In this document: positions 13,821 through 25,914 of the stretch, one piece after another
How the letters are laid out: each line of letters opens with the position of its first letter
Position numbering within the stretch: the first letter of the stretch is position 1
Source: Cetorhinus maximus
Lineage: Eukaryota
Direction of reading: 5' to 3'
Length of the DNA: 64,000 nucleotides
Assembly (NCBI RefSeq): GCF_964194155.1
Contig: NC_135884.1
Location: 112,654,001-112,718,000 of the forward strand
Program-made: the position numbers and the translations under genes
The notes under the pieces: model-generated
The model's database searches: none
What the model was told of the DNA's origin: nothing
The model's input: the letters and a program-made list of their open reading frames with translations, nothing else

Positions 13821-13998
13821 TCCCCATCAGTGAAATCTCTCTGATATTAACTCTTATGAAGAGCTCAGCTCTTGTGATTGGATGACAGACAGCAACTATT
13901 GCAGGAAGACAACACGAGATACACAAGATGGTCATCCCAAACATGAGAGAAATTGTAAATGAAAGCAACTTTGGAAACAGTGAGATTTCAATTCATAC

Positions 13999-14089
13999 CT
14001 TCTGAACAACACATGTTTACAATGATCTCTAAGGCAGTCTGTTGGGCAGCTAGCAGAGCAGTGGCATGCCTCAGCTCCTCACTCCGGAC
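13999..14089 (-). CDS. HEATR3: HEAT repeat-containing protein 3, coding exon 8 (91 bp); gene continues beyond the left edge
   Basis: [30 protein letters not shown] matches human ..[17 protein letters not shown]... AG/GT boundaries, phase consistent. Confidence 0.93.
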
Positions 14090-14663
14090 CTATATAAAAA
14101 TAATAATTTAAAAATCAAAATGTTACAAACACTTATAGATTTTCTACTGAAAACCAAATGAAACTGCACACTTTGCAACTATATAACATTAAGTTGGTTG
14201 AGGACAATTTCATCAACGTTCTGTGCAGCACATGTTTTTACGCAAGCATCAATAACAAATTTAGGTCTGCAGTTTCAAAATGAAAGTCGTCAGGTGGAAA
14301 TTGTCTGCACTAGAGAAGTAACTTAAAGTCATTCTGGTCTATAATTTCTCAGCCTGTAAATAATGCATTGCACCTGAGCAAATCTCAAGACAAATGAGTT
14401 TGGTCTTTTGCTTGCAATAGTCTGTGCCAAATTCACTCCCCAGTGCATTGGTAATTGCAACTATGCATACACTGTCATAAAGGTGTCAAGAGGAATTCGA
14501 TACAGACATTGTAGAAGACTCGATGAGCACCGTAGATTTATGTAAATATCTTATATTGTTTAAAATTGATTTAAAAACATCCATGCCTGGTTTACGTAGA
14601 AAAGTTAATGGCTTTGAATAGCTTGTGAAGATATAGCACAAACGAGTGGTTTTGTTAATGCCC

Positions 14664-14744
14664 TAACTGGGCAGATGTTGGAATCATCAGAAGTCAGCTG
14701 TTCTTCTTGACTGACTTCTGATAACTCGAGCATCTGTCCAGCTA
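14664..14744. repeat. Imperfect inverted repeat (34-bp arms, 13-nt loop) in HEATR3 intron 7
   Basis: taactgggcagatgttggaatcatcagaagtcag ... ctgacttctgataactcgagcatctgtccagcta; 28 of 34 positions complementary. Confidence 0.75.
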
Positions 14745-15779
14745 TGCAATATAATCACTATCAATTTCCTATCTGCTACAATACTTACTGTTTACAACTT
14801 AATACAAAAAAATAGTATATTAAGAATGGTTACTCCAGACGAACTACAACACGTGGCAACTAGAGGAGAAAATATAATTTGTGAGGTGAGTTAATGTCAG
14901 TCCAGGTTCTCAGCTTGCCATTGAGGGGTGAAGGGGGAGAAGACAAGAAGGGGGTTATAACAACAGAGTTATCATTCTGCTTTCTGCTTGTCTGAAAGAA
15001 TCAATATCCATGTTGAAATTTACCTTCTCTTCCACCAAAGACAGTGCTGAAGGAGATAACCAAAGGATACAATTATACTATAACACACTTCTAGTTAAAA
15101 CTAACTAGAATGACAATTATCTAATTCTACTTTAATTATTTCAGTATACATAGGAGGAATTGGCCAACTGACCTGAAAAGGATTCATATTTATGCAGCAT
15201 GGTAAAGGATAAATCCTATTTGAATTTACGAGACTCATTGTTTCCAGACCATGTTCTACTTGATCAGATATTCCACTATGTCTGCAGCACAAATTCTAAT
15301 TAACCTCCATAAAATATGTTCCATGATTTCAATATTTCGACAATTAGTAAAAATATAATAACTTATAAACACCAAAAGGTTAAAATTTTGGAAAACATTT
15401 AGGATGCAAAAAAAATGAGCCACAGTAACCTAAAACCAATAAAGAGGTGGAAATTTTTTTTTTAAGCAAGAGCAGATTGTGCTATACCCTTTGTGCCCTC
15501 CTTTTCCCAAAAGAAAATACAAGAAAAAATGAAGAAACCCAATAGGACTTCTGGGAATATAATCACCCTTAAATAAAAGCAAATATATTTTTCAGGCTTG
15601 TTTAGATTTTGTCCATGAGATGAGCTGAAGCTATGTAGGTTACCTCTCATGTTATTAAACAAAAAGGATGAGAGAAAAGGGGGCTGATGAACATCAGAGG
15701 GGCAGGGGCATAGCTGAGCTTGATTCTTAAGTAAAGTGTGGCTCAAATCATTTTAGAACGAACTTCACTATATGCTTAC

Positions 15780-16072
15780 TGGTAGAAGGTCTGAAATGTC
15801 ATCATTTTTCACATTATCTGCTTTTCCTTTGTGTGGAGCCTTCTGCATCCCATCCTCCGGGTTGGAAGTAACATCCTCGCCTGCGTCAATCATTTCCTCC
15901 TCCATTTCAGTCTCTGTCTCAACCTTGGGCATTGCACAGGCAGCCTCCCTGAGTCTCAGAATGATCTGGTTGGCATTCTTCTCCAAAGTTTCTGAAAGAA
16001 TTCTTATAACGGCATTTATTGTGTCTGCCTGACTGCTGGTAGGTACAACACTCTTCACATTCCATACGGTAC
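15780..16072 (-). CDS. HEATR3: HEATR3 coding exon 7 (293 bp)
   Basis: GTVWNVKSVVPTSSQADTINAVIRILSETLE...ISDLLP; tttag acceptor, gtaagc donor. Confidence 0.93.
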
Positions 16073-16907
16073 CTAAAGGCAAGTGTAATTTACAATCAAG
16101 AATATTTGTACATGATAAACCAAGGCACTCCAGTGGCTGCAGATTAGAAGCTTCTCAAACCACTAGATACCATTGTCCCTCACCACTCACAATTGGTGCA
16201 GCATAACACTACACTGCCTATAGCAATGTCCTATTGCACCTTGTTTACTTTCTTTATTAACAATTTACCATTTGTGGACCAGATTAACATCACCGCACTG
16301 AAACAAATCTTTGCAGAGAATGAAGTGCACAAATTTCTCAACCACTTAGCCACACTCAGCGATGAAGAAAAATAGAATTTTCCAGAAACTGTAATACCAA
16401 ATGCATTTCCACAAGATTTCCTGAAATGAAACAAAATATGTCTCTAGGAAATTTATAATTTCTGCACATATTTTAAATATTATATTAATCCACTACTGAA
16501 TTGTTGCTCATCATTATTTGTCTCTGCTTGGCTGAAATAAGGAAATGATTTTGCTAGGTTTTATTGAAAGTGATCCTTTGCTGAAAACGTTTTAGAATAA
16601 AAGATAAAACTCGGATCCAAATCAACTCCTGAGAAAAGATGCCACGTTGAAGCAGTCATATATTGTCTCACCTTCTCATACTCCACAGCCATTTACAGAT
16701 AGACCACTTCTCAACTATTGTACAAACTTATTTTGACCTTCAATATTTAAAAATGTATTTACACCTAGGCTTATTGCAGTAAATCTATATCCAAATATCA
16801 CATCATATACATAAAATGTATAATCAGATAAGCAAAATGAATGTTTTCTCATCTTGGATAGATGGCCCTGAGAGGATTTCAGTTTTCTTTTCCTTTACAC
16901 ATTATAC

Positions 16908-17048
16908 CTGCTATAAGTGTCCTCAGCAGCAAATGCTCTGTTGTATCTTCCGGAGACAGAAGCACCATTTCCAACACTTGGAGGGCTGAGGGGATTAAAG
17001 ATGGCAAAAGCTCGGCATTGTCTTCAGTGATCGTCTGTAAACAGTAAG
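16908..17048 (-). CDS. HEATR3: HEATR3 coding exon 6 (141 bp)
   Basis: AYCLQTITEDNAELL...LLLRTLIAG; cacag acceptor, gtataa donor. Confidence 0.93.
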
Positions 17049-17329
17049 CTGTGGATGGAAGCATCAAATCACCTCAGTCACATTCAGTGTCATGCACAAA
17101 AAGTTAACATATAAACAGAGAATAAAGTGCTGTGACTATGAGAGTCATCCTAATTTATGCATCATTACAGCTAGCTTATGTGAGTTGGAAGTGTGGTTTG
17201 TTACTGTCAGGTTCTGCATCTCGATGCACACACGCTGTTCCTTTAACACCAATCTTGACAGGTCATTGTATAAAATCAGAACTGCACCCAAAAGCTCAGC
17301 AAATGTATCCACATAGCCACACACACCAG

Positions 17330-17540
17330 TCAGGATCCAGGTTCAATCCCAGTCTGTGCTGGTATCAGGTAGGTAGCAATAGGAATGCTGCAATTAGCCT
17401 TAATGCTCTGGGATTAAGGAAGGGAATTGAGCTGAAGCTGCCTGCCATTCGGTGACTCCCTTGCTGCAAACACACTTGTGTGCAATGTGGCTGAGGACAG
17501 AATTGGGCTCATTGTGAAGTGAATATTTTACCAACTGCAT
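17330..17540 (+). mobile_element. Old tRNA-derived SINE fragment; related copies at about 55230-55490 (-), 58090-58280 (-) and 60850-61075 (+)
   Basis: B-box-like ggttcaatccc followed by a body shared among the four copies (acaattggcc..ctggg..aggacag). Confidence 0.4.
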
Positions 17541-20284
17541 CATTTGATCTAAATGAGGAAGTTATGCATAACCTACTTAAAAATGAGGTCAAAACTGGGA
17601 AAGGGAGCCTATTGTGTGCTAAGTCATTGGCAGCAGCTGTGGCAGATGTTGCTTACATTATACTTCATCAGAGATTTCCATCCACCTGAAGCCAGTGAGC
17701 CAGGCTGCCTCTAGGCAGGAATCTACTGTGCTTGTAGCTAGACCAGCAGAGGTGTGCAGAGCAGTGCTACACAGCCTGCTAAAAATCACAGTGTCTAGCT
17801 GTCCAAGCAGCTCATGCTGTGCAAACTAAGCAGGACTAGAAAGAATTCAGTTCAGTAGCCACTCCCATCCCCGCCAAGGGGGCCTTTGAAGAGGCAAACA
17901 GGGAGTGCACCCCTTCCAGCAATCTTCATGGGGAAATCACAGACAGTCAATGTTGTCGAATACCAGTTCCACACTGCACCTTGTCCATGCTAAGGTAGAC
18001 ATTTTGTGTCCAACCTACTCATAGAAGGGATATAAAGGGCCACAAAACTAGCACCACAAGTTAATACAATTAATTAGTACAATACACTTCCCACAGAGTG
18101 TGATTGCTTCAGTAAGGCAGCAGTCAAGTGGCGACAACTGTTGGCTAAGATCACATAAAGCACCAAGGAACTGGCACCAGATAGGGCAAACCATAGAAGG
18201 TGTTTATTTTGGGGGGGGGGGGGGAGCAAACCATAGGAGGTGTTTATTTGGGGGGGGAAGGGGTGGTGCTGCTGCTCAGGCAAAACTACCCAGGCAACAC
18301 CTGCAGCCTTTGCCACAAGCAGTATCTGAGGCTACAGCAAAAGCAAGATGTGCTGGAGCAGTACATCTTTCAGGCTGAAATACTAGAGCCATACCAGAAA
18401 GCTTGGTGGGATATTTGACCAAGAAAAACACAAGCACGATTCTCATTAGTTATAAATTAACCAAATGACAAGGACTTCTCAGGAGGGGTTTTGAGTCAAG
18501 TGAACAAAATCTATTATATTTCAAATTAGGATTAGACGCTATATGTTATTGTCCATTGATTGAATTTTGATGTTCATTTTAATTTGTTTACTGCTTGTTG
18601 GGCAGAATCTGGCAATTTGGAACGCTATATATTATCTGAACCTGGACAATTTCATAACCATGTAAGCTGTAGCTGGTGAATTCATTTTCTTCTCTGTTGC
18701 CATTAATTATATTCAAAAGGACATACAGGATCAAGACCAGACAGACAGATAGCCTGAAGGTGCATCATCCTATTGATCTGCAAGTGAGAAAAAGTAAAAT
18801 CTGGATCCCAGGAAGGTGACAAAGTTGGGAGCAGCTGATACACTGAAAGCAAAAGTCCACTGATACAAATAATCTATGTTTTAAACCCTAGTGATGACTT
18901 TGTCGAAATTTATGAGAAAATATCTTTTCAATGTCCTTCAAAAGGGAAAAGGAGACATATCTAACCCCCAGCCTGCAATGGGTCTTCACTGATTTTCTAC
19001 TTTGATTGAGCTGCAGCTGGTAGAAAGTGTTCCATTAACATGTACGTTCATGAAGAATATGCATAGTGGACACTTGAGCTGAATCAATGTTGTTACTTCT
19101 GAAATCTACTGGTTTAAAGTTAGTCACTTCTTTCGATAATGAAGCTACCCATTTAAAGGATTATAACTCTGGTTCAAGTAATGTAAATCACAAGAATGCA
19201 GCTTTAACTGTTTGTAAATGTCCTTTGTACCTACAGACTGAATTATATCATTGATCTCACTTCCAAATTCTCCTTTTACATTATATAGAGTCATTTTAAA
19301 TATCTACATAGGTGCTTCCATTTTTAATCTTTTTAACAGGCATAACTTGTAAAAATAATGTCAAACCAAAGTGTTATTGATAACAGCAATAGTGGGCCTG
19401 AAGGTTAATGGTACAACAACCAGTACTGGATATTTTTAAGTTTCTTTCAGAGGTTTATGCAACACATAACCAATTAACAAACTTGCAATTAAGATAGGAA
19501 GGTGGAACTTATTCTACCATGGGCCGCTGAAATTATTGTAATAAAAACACTGCAATGTATTTTAGATAGCTGCACTTGGGAATTCAGATTCAGGTCGACC
19601 TAGAAACGCAATCCAAACAACTGGTGGTTCATTAATCGTCATAACAACACATGAAAGCTATTAAATACACAACTGAGTTGAAACTGTATATAATTTATTA
19701 TTAGCTAAGCACTAATCCACAGATCAACCGCTTCCCCCCACCCACCATGCAATTTAAAACAAAACAGGAGCATCACTACGAAAATAAAGCATTCTCTACT
19801 TACTTTGGCAAACACAGTTGTAGATTCTTTCCACAACTCCAGCCCCCACCCCGAGAGTGTGCCTGCTTTTCTGTTTAAACACACAACCAGAAGCAATGCT
19901 CCTTCCACGCATTTATTTAAGATACAGCAAAAACCCAGCAGAGACCAAGCAAATAAACAGTCGCCAATTAGTGTCAAAATAGACAGATTTCACAGACACC
20001 AATGAAAACAGCAGATATGCTCTAAGTGGGTTACCTAGGCTAACATCACATCATCATGTCCACAATATCCAACATATCTTGCTGTGATGCCACAAACATG
20101 TAATTGAGTCCTGATAACATCAAACTGATATAGGATTGTCTTAATTTAAATAATCACCTGAACACAATTTATCAGGACTTATGCCATCATTCAAATTTTC
20201 TGTGCTTATTTTTTCTACTTTTTTTTACTGCTCTCCTAAGGTTTTCAAGTATAAACAACTTTCATAAATTTATTATGTTTCACA

Positions 20285-20299
20285 CCACTAGATGGCACC
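20285..20299 (+). promoter_or_regulatory. Candidate CTCF site
   Basis: ccactagatggcacc matches the CTCF core CCACYAGRKGGCR. Motif match only. Confidence 0.4.
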
Positions 20300-20773
20300 A
20301 AAGTTGATCAGGTTGAATTTCAATTTCTTAGCACTTCGTAAAACATTCCTAAATAAAACCAACTGTATCCAAGCAGAAACAGTTAATAAGATCTATAATG
20401 GAATTTTAAATTCCACATTAAGCGCTGAATGGTTTGTTTCACAGTTAGTTAAGTTTATAGAATCATAGACAAAAACAAAAATACCTGGAAAAACTCAGCA
20501 GATCTGACAGCATCTGCAGAGAGGAGCACAGTTAACGTTTCAAGTCCGTATGACTCTTCAACAGAACTAAGTAAAAATAGAAGAGAGGTGAAATATAAGC
20601 TGGTTAAAGGAGGGCGGTGGGACAGGTAGAGCTGGATAGAGGGCCAGTGATAGGTGGAGATAGCCAAAAGATGTCATAGACAAAAGGACAAAGAGGTGTT
20701 GAAGGTGGTGATATTATCTAAGGAATGTGCTAATTAAGGGTAGAAAGCAGGACAAGCAAGGTACAGATAGCTC

Positions 20774-22512
20774 GCGGAGGCTGAGCGTCAACTCGCAGAC
20801 ACTTCCTCCTACCTCTCCCTGGACCATGACCCCACCACTGAACATCAAGCCATTGTTTCCAGGACTGTCACTAACCTCATCTCCTCTGGAGATCTTCCTC
20901 CCACAGCTTCCAACCTGATAGTCGCCCAACCTCGGACGGCCCGCTTCTACCTCCTACCCAAAATCCACAAACAGAACTGCCCCGGCAGACCGATCGTGTC
21001 AGCCTGTTCCTGCCCCACGGAACTCATTTCTCGTTATCTTGACTCCCTTCTCTCTCTCCTTGTCCAGTCCCTTCCCACCTACATCTGTGATTCCTCTGAC
21101 ACCTTACGTCACATCAACAATTTCCAGTTCCCTGGCCCCAACCGCTTCCTCTTCACCATGGATGTCCAATCCCTCTACACCTCCATCCCCCACCAGGATG
21201 GTCTGAGGGCCCTTAGCTTCTTCAGGCCCGAACAATCCCCATCCACCACTACTCTCCTCCGTCTGGCTGAACTTGTTCTCACACTGAACAATTTCTCCTT
21301 TAACTCCTCTCACTTCCTCCAAATAAAAGGTGTGGCTATGGGTACCCGCATGGGTCCCAGCTATGCCTGTCTCTTTATGGGGTATGTGGAACATTCCTTG
21401 TTCCAGTCCTACTCCGGCCCCCTCCCACAACTCTTTCTCCGGTACATCGATGATTACTTCGGTGCTGCTTCGTGCTCTCGTCGGGACCTGGAAAAATTTA
21501 CTAATTTTGCTTCCAATCTCCACCCCTCCATCATTTTCACATGGTCCATCTCTGACACTTCCCTTCCCTTCCTTGACCTCTCAGTCTCAATTTCTGATGA
21601 TAGACTGCCCACCAATATCCATTACAAGCCTACCGACTCCCACAGCTACCTCGACTACAGCTCCTCACACCCCGCTTCCTGTAAGGACTCCATCCCATTC
21701 TCTCAGTTCCTTCACCTCTGTCGCATCTGTTCTGATGATGCTACCTTCAAAACAGTTCCTCTGACATGTCCTCCTTCTTCCTTAACCGAAGTATTCCACC
21801 CACGGTCGTTGACAGGGCCCTCAACCGTGTCCGGCCCATATCCCTCGCATCCGCCCTCACGCCTTCTCCTCCCTCCCAGAAACATGATAGGGTCCCCCTT
21901 GTAGTCACTTATCACCCCACCAGCCTCCGCATTCAAAGGATCATCCTCCGCCATTTCCGCCAACTCCAGCATGATGCCACCACCAAACACATCTTCCCTT
22001 CACCCCCCCTGGCGGCATTCCGTAGGGATCGTTCCCTCCGGGACACCCTGGCCCACTCCTCCATCACCCCCTACTCCTCAACCCCCACCTATGGCACCTC
22101 CCCATGCCCACGCAGAAGATGCAACACCTGCCCCTTCACTTCCTCTCTCCTCACCGTCCAAGGGCCCAAACACTCCTTTCAAGTGAAGCAGCATTTCACT
22201 TGCATTTCCCCTAACTTAGTCTACTGCATTCGTTGCTCCCAATGCGGTCTCCTCTACATTGGAGAGACCAAACGCAAACTGGGCGACCGCTTTGCAGAAC
22301 ACCTGCGGTCTGTCCGCAAGAAAGACCCAAACCTCCCTGTCGCTTGCCATTTTAACACTCCACCCTGTTCTCTTGCCCACATGTCTGTCCTTGGCTTGCT
22401 GCATTGTTCCAGTGAAGCCCAACGCAAACTGGAGGAACAGCACCTCATCTTCCGACTAGGCACTTTACAGCCTTCCGGGCTGAATATTGAATTCAACAAC
22501 TTTAGATCTTAA
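20774..22512 (+). pseudogene. PLE polyprotein: reverse transcriptase, Cys-rich linker and GIY-YIG endonuclease, with one frameshift near 21750
   Basis: FYLLPKIHK..PGRPIV, MDVQSLYTSIP, GVAMGTRMGPSYA, FLRYIDD, LPFLD; linker CPRRRCNTC; VYCIRCSQCGLLYIGET..RFAEH; PSGLN. Confidence 0.92.
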
Positions 22513-23015
22513 ACTCCCTCCCCCATCCCCACCCCCATTTCCGCTTCTTCCCCCTCCCTTTTGTTTTTCCAATAATTTATATAGATTTTTCTTTTCCCAC
22601 CTATTTCCATTATTTTTAAATCTATAACTGTAATACCCTGTCAGTCTCTCCACCCCACCCCCACTAGAGCTGTACCTTGAGTGTCCTGCCATCCATTCTT
22701 AATTAGCACATTCTCTTAGATATCACCACCTTTAACGCCCCTCTGTTCCTTTGTCTGTAACATCTTTTGATTATCTGCTCCTATCACTGTTTGCTTGTCC
22801 CTACAACCACCCCCCCCCGGCAACTTCTCCCCCCCCCTTAAACCAGCTTATATTTCACACCTCTCCTAACTTCACTCAGTTCTGCTGAAGGGTCATGAGG
22901 ACTCGAAATGTCAACTCTTTTCTTCTCCGCCGATGCTGCCAGACCTGCTGAGTTTTTCCAGGTAATTCTGTTTTTGTTTTGGATTTCCAGCATCCGCAGT
23001 AGTTTTTTGTTTTTA
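20774..23015 (+). mobile_element. Penelope-like element (Neptune-type), 5'-truncated, nested in the opposite orientation
   Basis: Probable TSD tacagatagctc / tacagatggccc (20762-20773, 23016-23027). ORF, 3' UTR and pLTR with hammerhead-like motif at 22878-22916. Confidence 0.9.
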
Positions 23016-24592
23016 TACAGATGGCCCTAGTGGGGTTGGGGTGAGGTGAAGGGAAGGGATCGAAATAGGCTAAAAGGTAGAGATAAAACAATGGATGGAA
23101 ATACATTTAAAAATAATGGAAATAGGTGGGAAAAGAAAAATCTATATAAATTATTGGGAATAAAAAGGGGCGGATCGGAAAGGGGGTGGGGATGGAGGAG
23201 AGAGTTCATGATCTAAAATTGTTGAACTCAATATTCAGTCCGGAAGGCTGTAAAGTGCCTAGTCGGAAGATAAGGTGCTGTTCCTCCAGTTTGCGTTGAG
23301 CTTCACTGGAACATTGCAGCAAGCCAAGGATGGACATGTGGGCATGAGAGCAGGGTGGAGTGTTGAAATGGCAAGTGACAGGGAGGTCTGGGTAATGCTT
23401 GCGGACAGACCAAAGGTGTTCCGCAAAGCGGACACCAAATCTGCGTTTGGTCTCTCCATTGTAGAGGAAACCACATTGGGAGCAACGAATGCAATGGACT
23501 AAATTGAGGGAAGTGCAAGTGAAATGCTGCTTCACTTGAAAGGAGTGTTTGGGCCCTTGGACGGTGAGGAGAGGGGAAGTAAAGGGGCAGGTGTTGCACC
23601 TTCTGCGGTTGCATGGGAAGGTGCTGTGGGAGGGGGTTGAGGTGTAGGGGGTGATGGAGGAGTGGACCAGGGTGTCCCGGAGGGAACGATCCCTACGGAA
23701 TGCCGCCGGGGGGGTGAAGGGAAGATGTGTTTGGTGGTGGCATCATGCTGGAGTTGGGGGAAATGGCGGAGGATGATCCTTTGAATGCGGAGGCTGGTGG
23801 GGAGATAAGTGAGGTCAAGGGGGACCCTATCATTGTTCTGGGAGGGAGAGGAAGGTGTGAGGGCGGATGCGCAGGAGATGGGCCAGACATGGTTGATGGC
23901 CCTGTCAACCACCGTGGGTGGAAAACCTCGGTTAAGGAAGACATGTCAGAAGAACTGTTTTTGAAAGTGGCATCATCAGAACAGATGCGACGGAGACGAA
24001 GGAACTGAGAGAATGGGATGGAGTCCTTACAGGAAGCGGGGTGTGAGGAGCTGTAGTCGAGGTAGCTGTGGGAGTCGGTAGGCTTGTAATGAATATTGGT
24101 GGACAGTCTATCACCAGAAATTGAGACTGAGAGGTCAAGGAAGGGAAGGGAAGTGTCAGAGATGGACCATGTGAAAATGATGGAGGGGAGGAAATTGGAA
24201 GCAAAATTAATAAATTTTTCCAGGTCCAGACGAGAGCATGAAGCAGCACCGAAGCAATCATCGATGTACCGGAGAAAGTGGGAGGGGGCCGGAGTAGGAC
24301 TGGAACAAGGAATGTTCCACATACCCCATAAAGAGACAGGCATAACTGGGGCCCATGTGGGTACCCATAGCCACACCTTTTATTTGGAGGAAGTGAGAGT
24401 TTAAGGAGAAATTGTTCAGTGTGAGCTTTTAGCTTATATTTCACCTCTTTTCTATTTTTCCTTAGTTCTGTTGAAGAGTCATAAGGACTCGAAACGTTAA
24501 CTGTGTTCCTTTCCACAGATGCTGTCAGACCTGCTGAGTTTTTCCAGGTATTTTTATTTTGGATATCCAGCATCCGCAGTTTTTTGCTTTTA

Positions 24593-25105
24593 TTATAGAA
24601 TCTTAGAATGGTTACATTTGACCCATCATGTCCATGCCAGCTCTCTGCAAGAGCAGTTTATTTAGTCCCACTCCTCCACCTTTTACCTGTGGCCCAGCAC
24701 ATTTTTCCTCTTCAGATAATGATTCAATTCTCTTTTGCAAACCACAACTGAATCTGCCTTCACCACAATGTCAAGCAATGCATTCCAAAGTCTAACCACT
24801 CATTGCGTAAAAAACATTTTCCTCATGTCGCCATTCCTTCTTTTGCCAATCCCTTAAAACCATGCCCTCTGGTTCCCAATTCTTCAACCAAGAGGAACAT
24901 GTATCTACTCTGTCCAGACCCCTCATGATTTTGAACACCTCTATCAAATCTCCTCTCAACTCTCTCATCTCGATGGGGAACAGCCCCAAATTTTCCAATC
25001 GATCTACATAACTGAAGTTCCTCATCCCTGGAACTATTCTCATGAATCTTTTCTGCACCCTCTCTAATGCCTTCACATCCTTCCTAAAATGTATCCAGAA
25101 CAAAT
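24593..25105 (-). mobile_element. CR1 3' fragment whose tail was the target of the PLE
   Basis: ORF 24792-25103 (ALERVQKRF..GDLIEVFKIM); atagaatc-type tail. Confidence 0.85.
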
Positions 25106-25914
25106 TGCGCCCTGTACACAGAAGTCTAGATCATTAATATGTATATGTGCTGAAATTGAAACAAATACACATCATATTTTACCTTGTGACGGGAGTGCAA
25201 AGGGCTGAGATAGAGAGTTATATTGTAGTACCATATACACTTAAAGATGCATGGCTACAGAGAGACAACAAGGGTAGGGGGGTTGGTTTTAGGATTGCTG
25301 TAGATAAGAGCTGTGGACACCAAGTGATTCCTTCTAGACTGTAAACTGTTATAATCATAACCACCACAAAAAGAGGAAGAACAGCAAACCATCTAAAATT
25401 ATATCAGAACTACGGTACCTTTCCAATTGGCTACCAGACATTTCATGAGGGAAAAAAGCCTTATCTGAGACACTGTCTGATTCCACAGGCAATTAATATT
25501 CTACCTGATAAATCAAGGCCCAAGAAAGAAAAATTGAAAATTTAATCCTGTGATTAAAATTTTTCAGAACTTTTCTATCCATCATTACTCTAGATCTTTC
25601 ATGGCTCTCATATTTATATATCGGGTTCCAAAGTTCACCCACTCGTCCTCGCCATGGAACCTGGGCAATGAGTAAGAAAGGTTTGATAAAAAGAGTGAAG
25701 TGCAGTGGGAATCCTTATGTCTTGGGTCCCATCGGTTACTGTGAAGGCCTGTTAGGAACTCTAGAAATGCTCAGTGGATGTGGTTTTGAGAAACAAATCC
25801 TCAGTAGCAGAACAGGCAGAGGAAAATGTGCCATCTGGAATATCTCAACGGCTGTTCTGGCAGACGAAGGCTGCAGCAGAACGAGACCTCCAATTATCTT
25901 GGTTTCCTTGCCAA

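Larger units (their letters stand above)
20470..24592 (-). mobile_element. Penelope-like element (Neptune-type), 5'-truncated, with inverted 5' pLTR; host of a nested PLE
   Basis: TSD ttatagaatc(a/t)taga (20455-20469, 24593-24607). Minus-strand RT (FLRYIDD) and GIY-YIG fragments at 23206-24424. 3' UTR is split into 20470-20773 and 23016-23205. Inverted pLTR at 24425-24592. Confidence 0.88.

Noticed and set aside
1-13998. Search for HEATR3 exon 9 (DPSDDEWEE...)
   Set aside because: No matching exon seen; it is presumed to lie beyond the left edge of the window.
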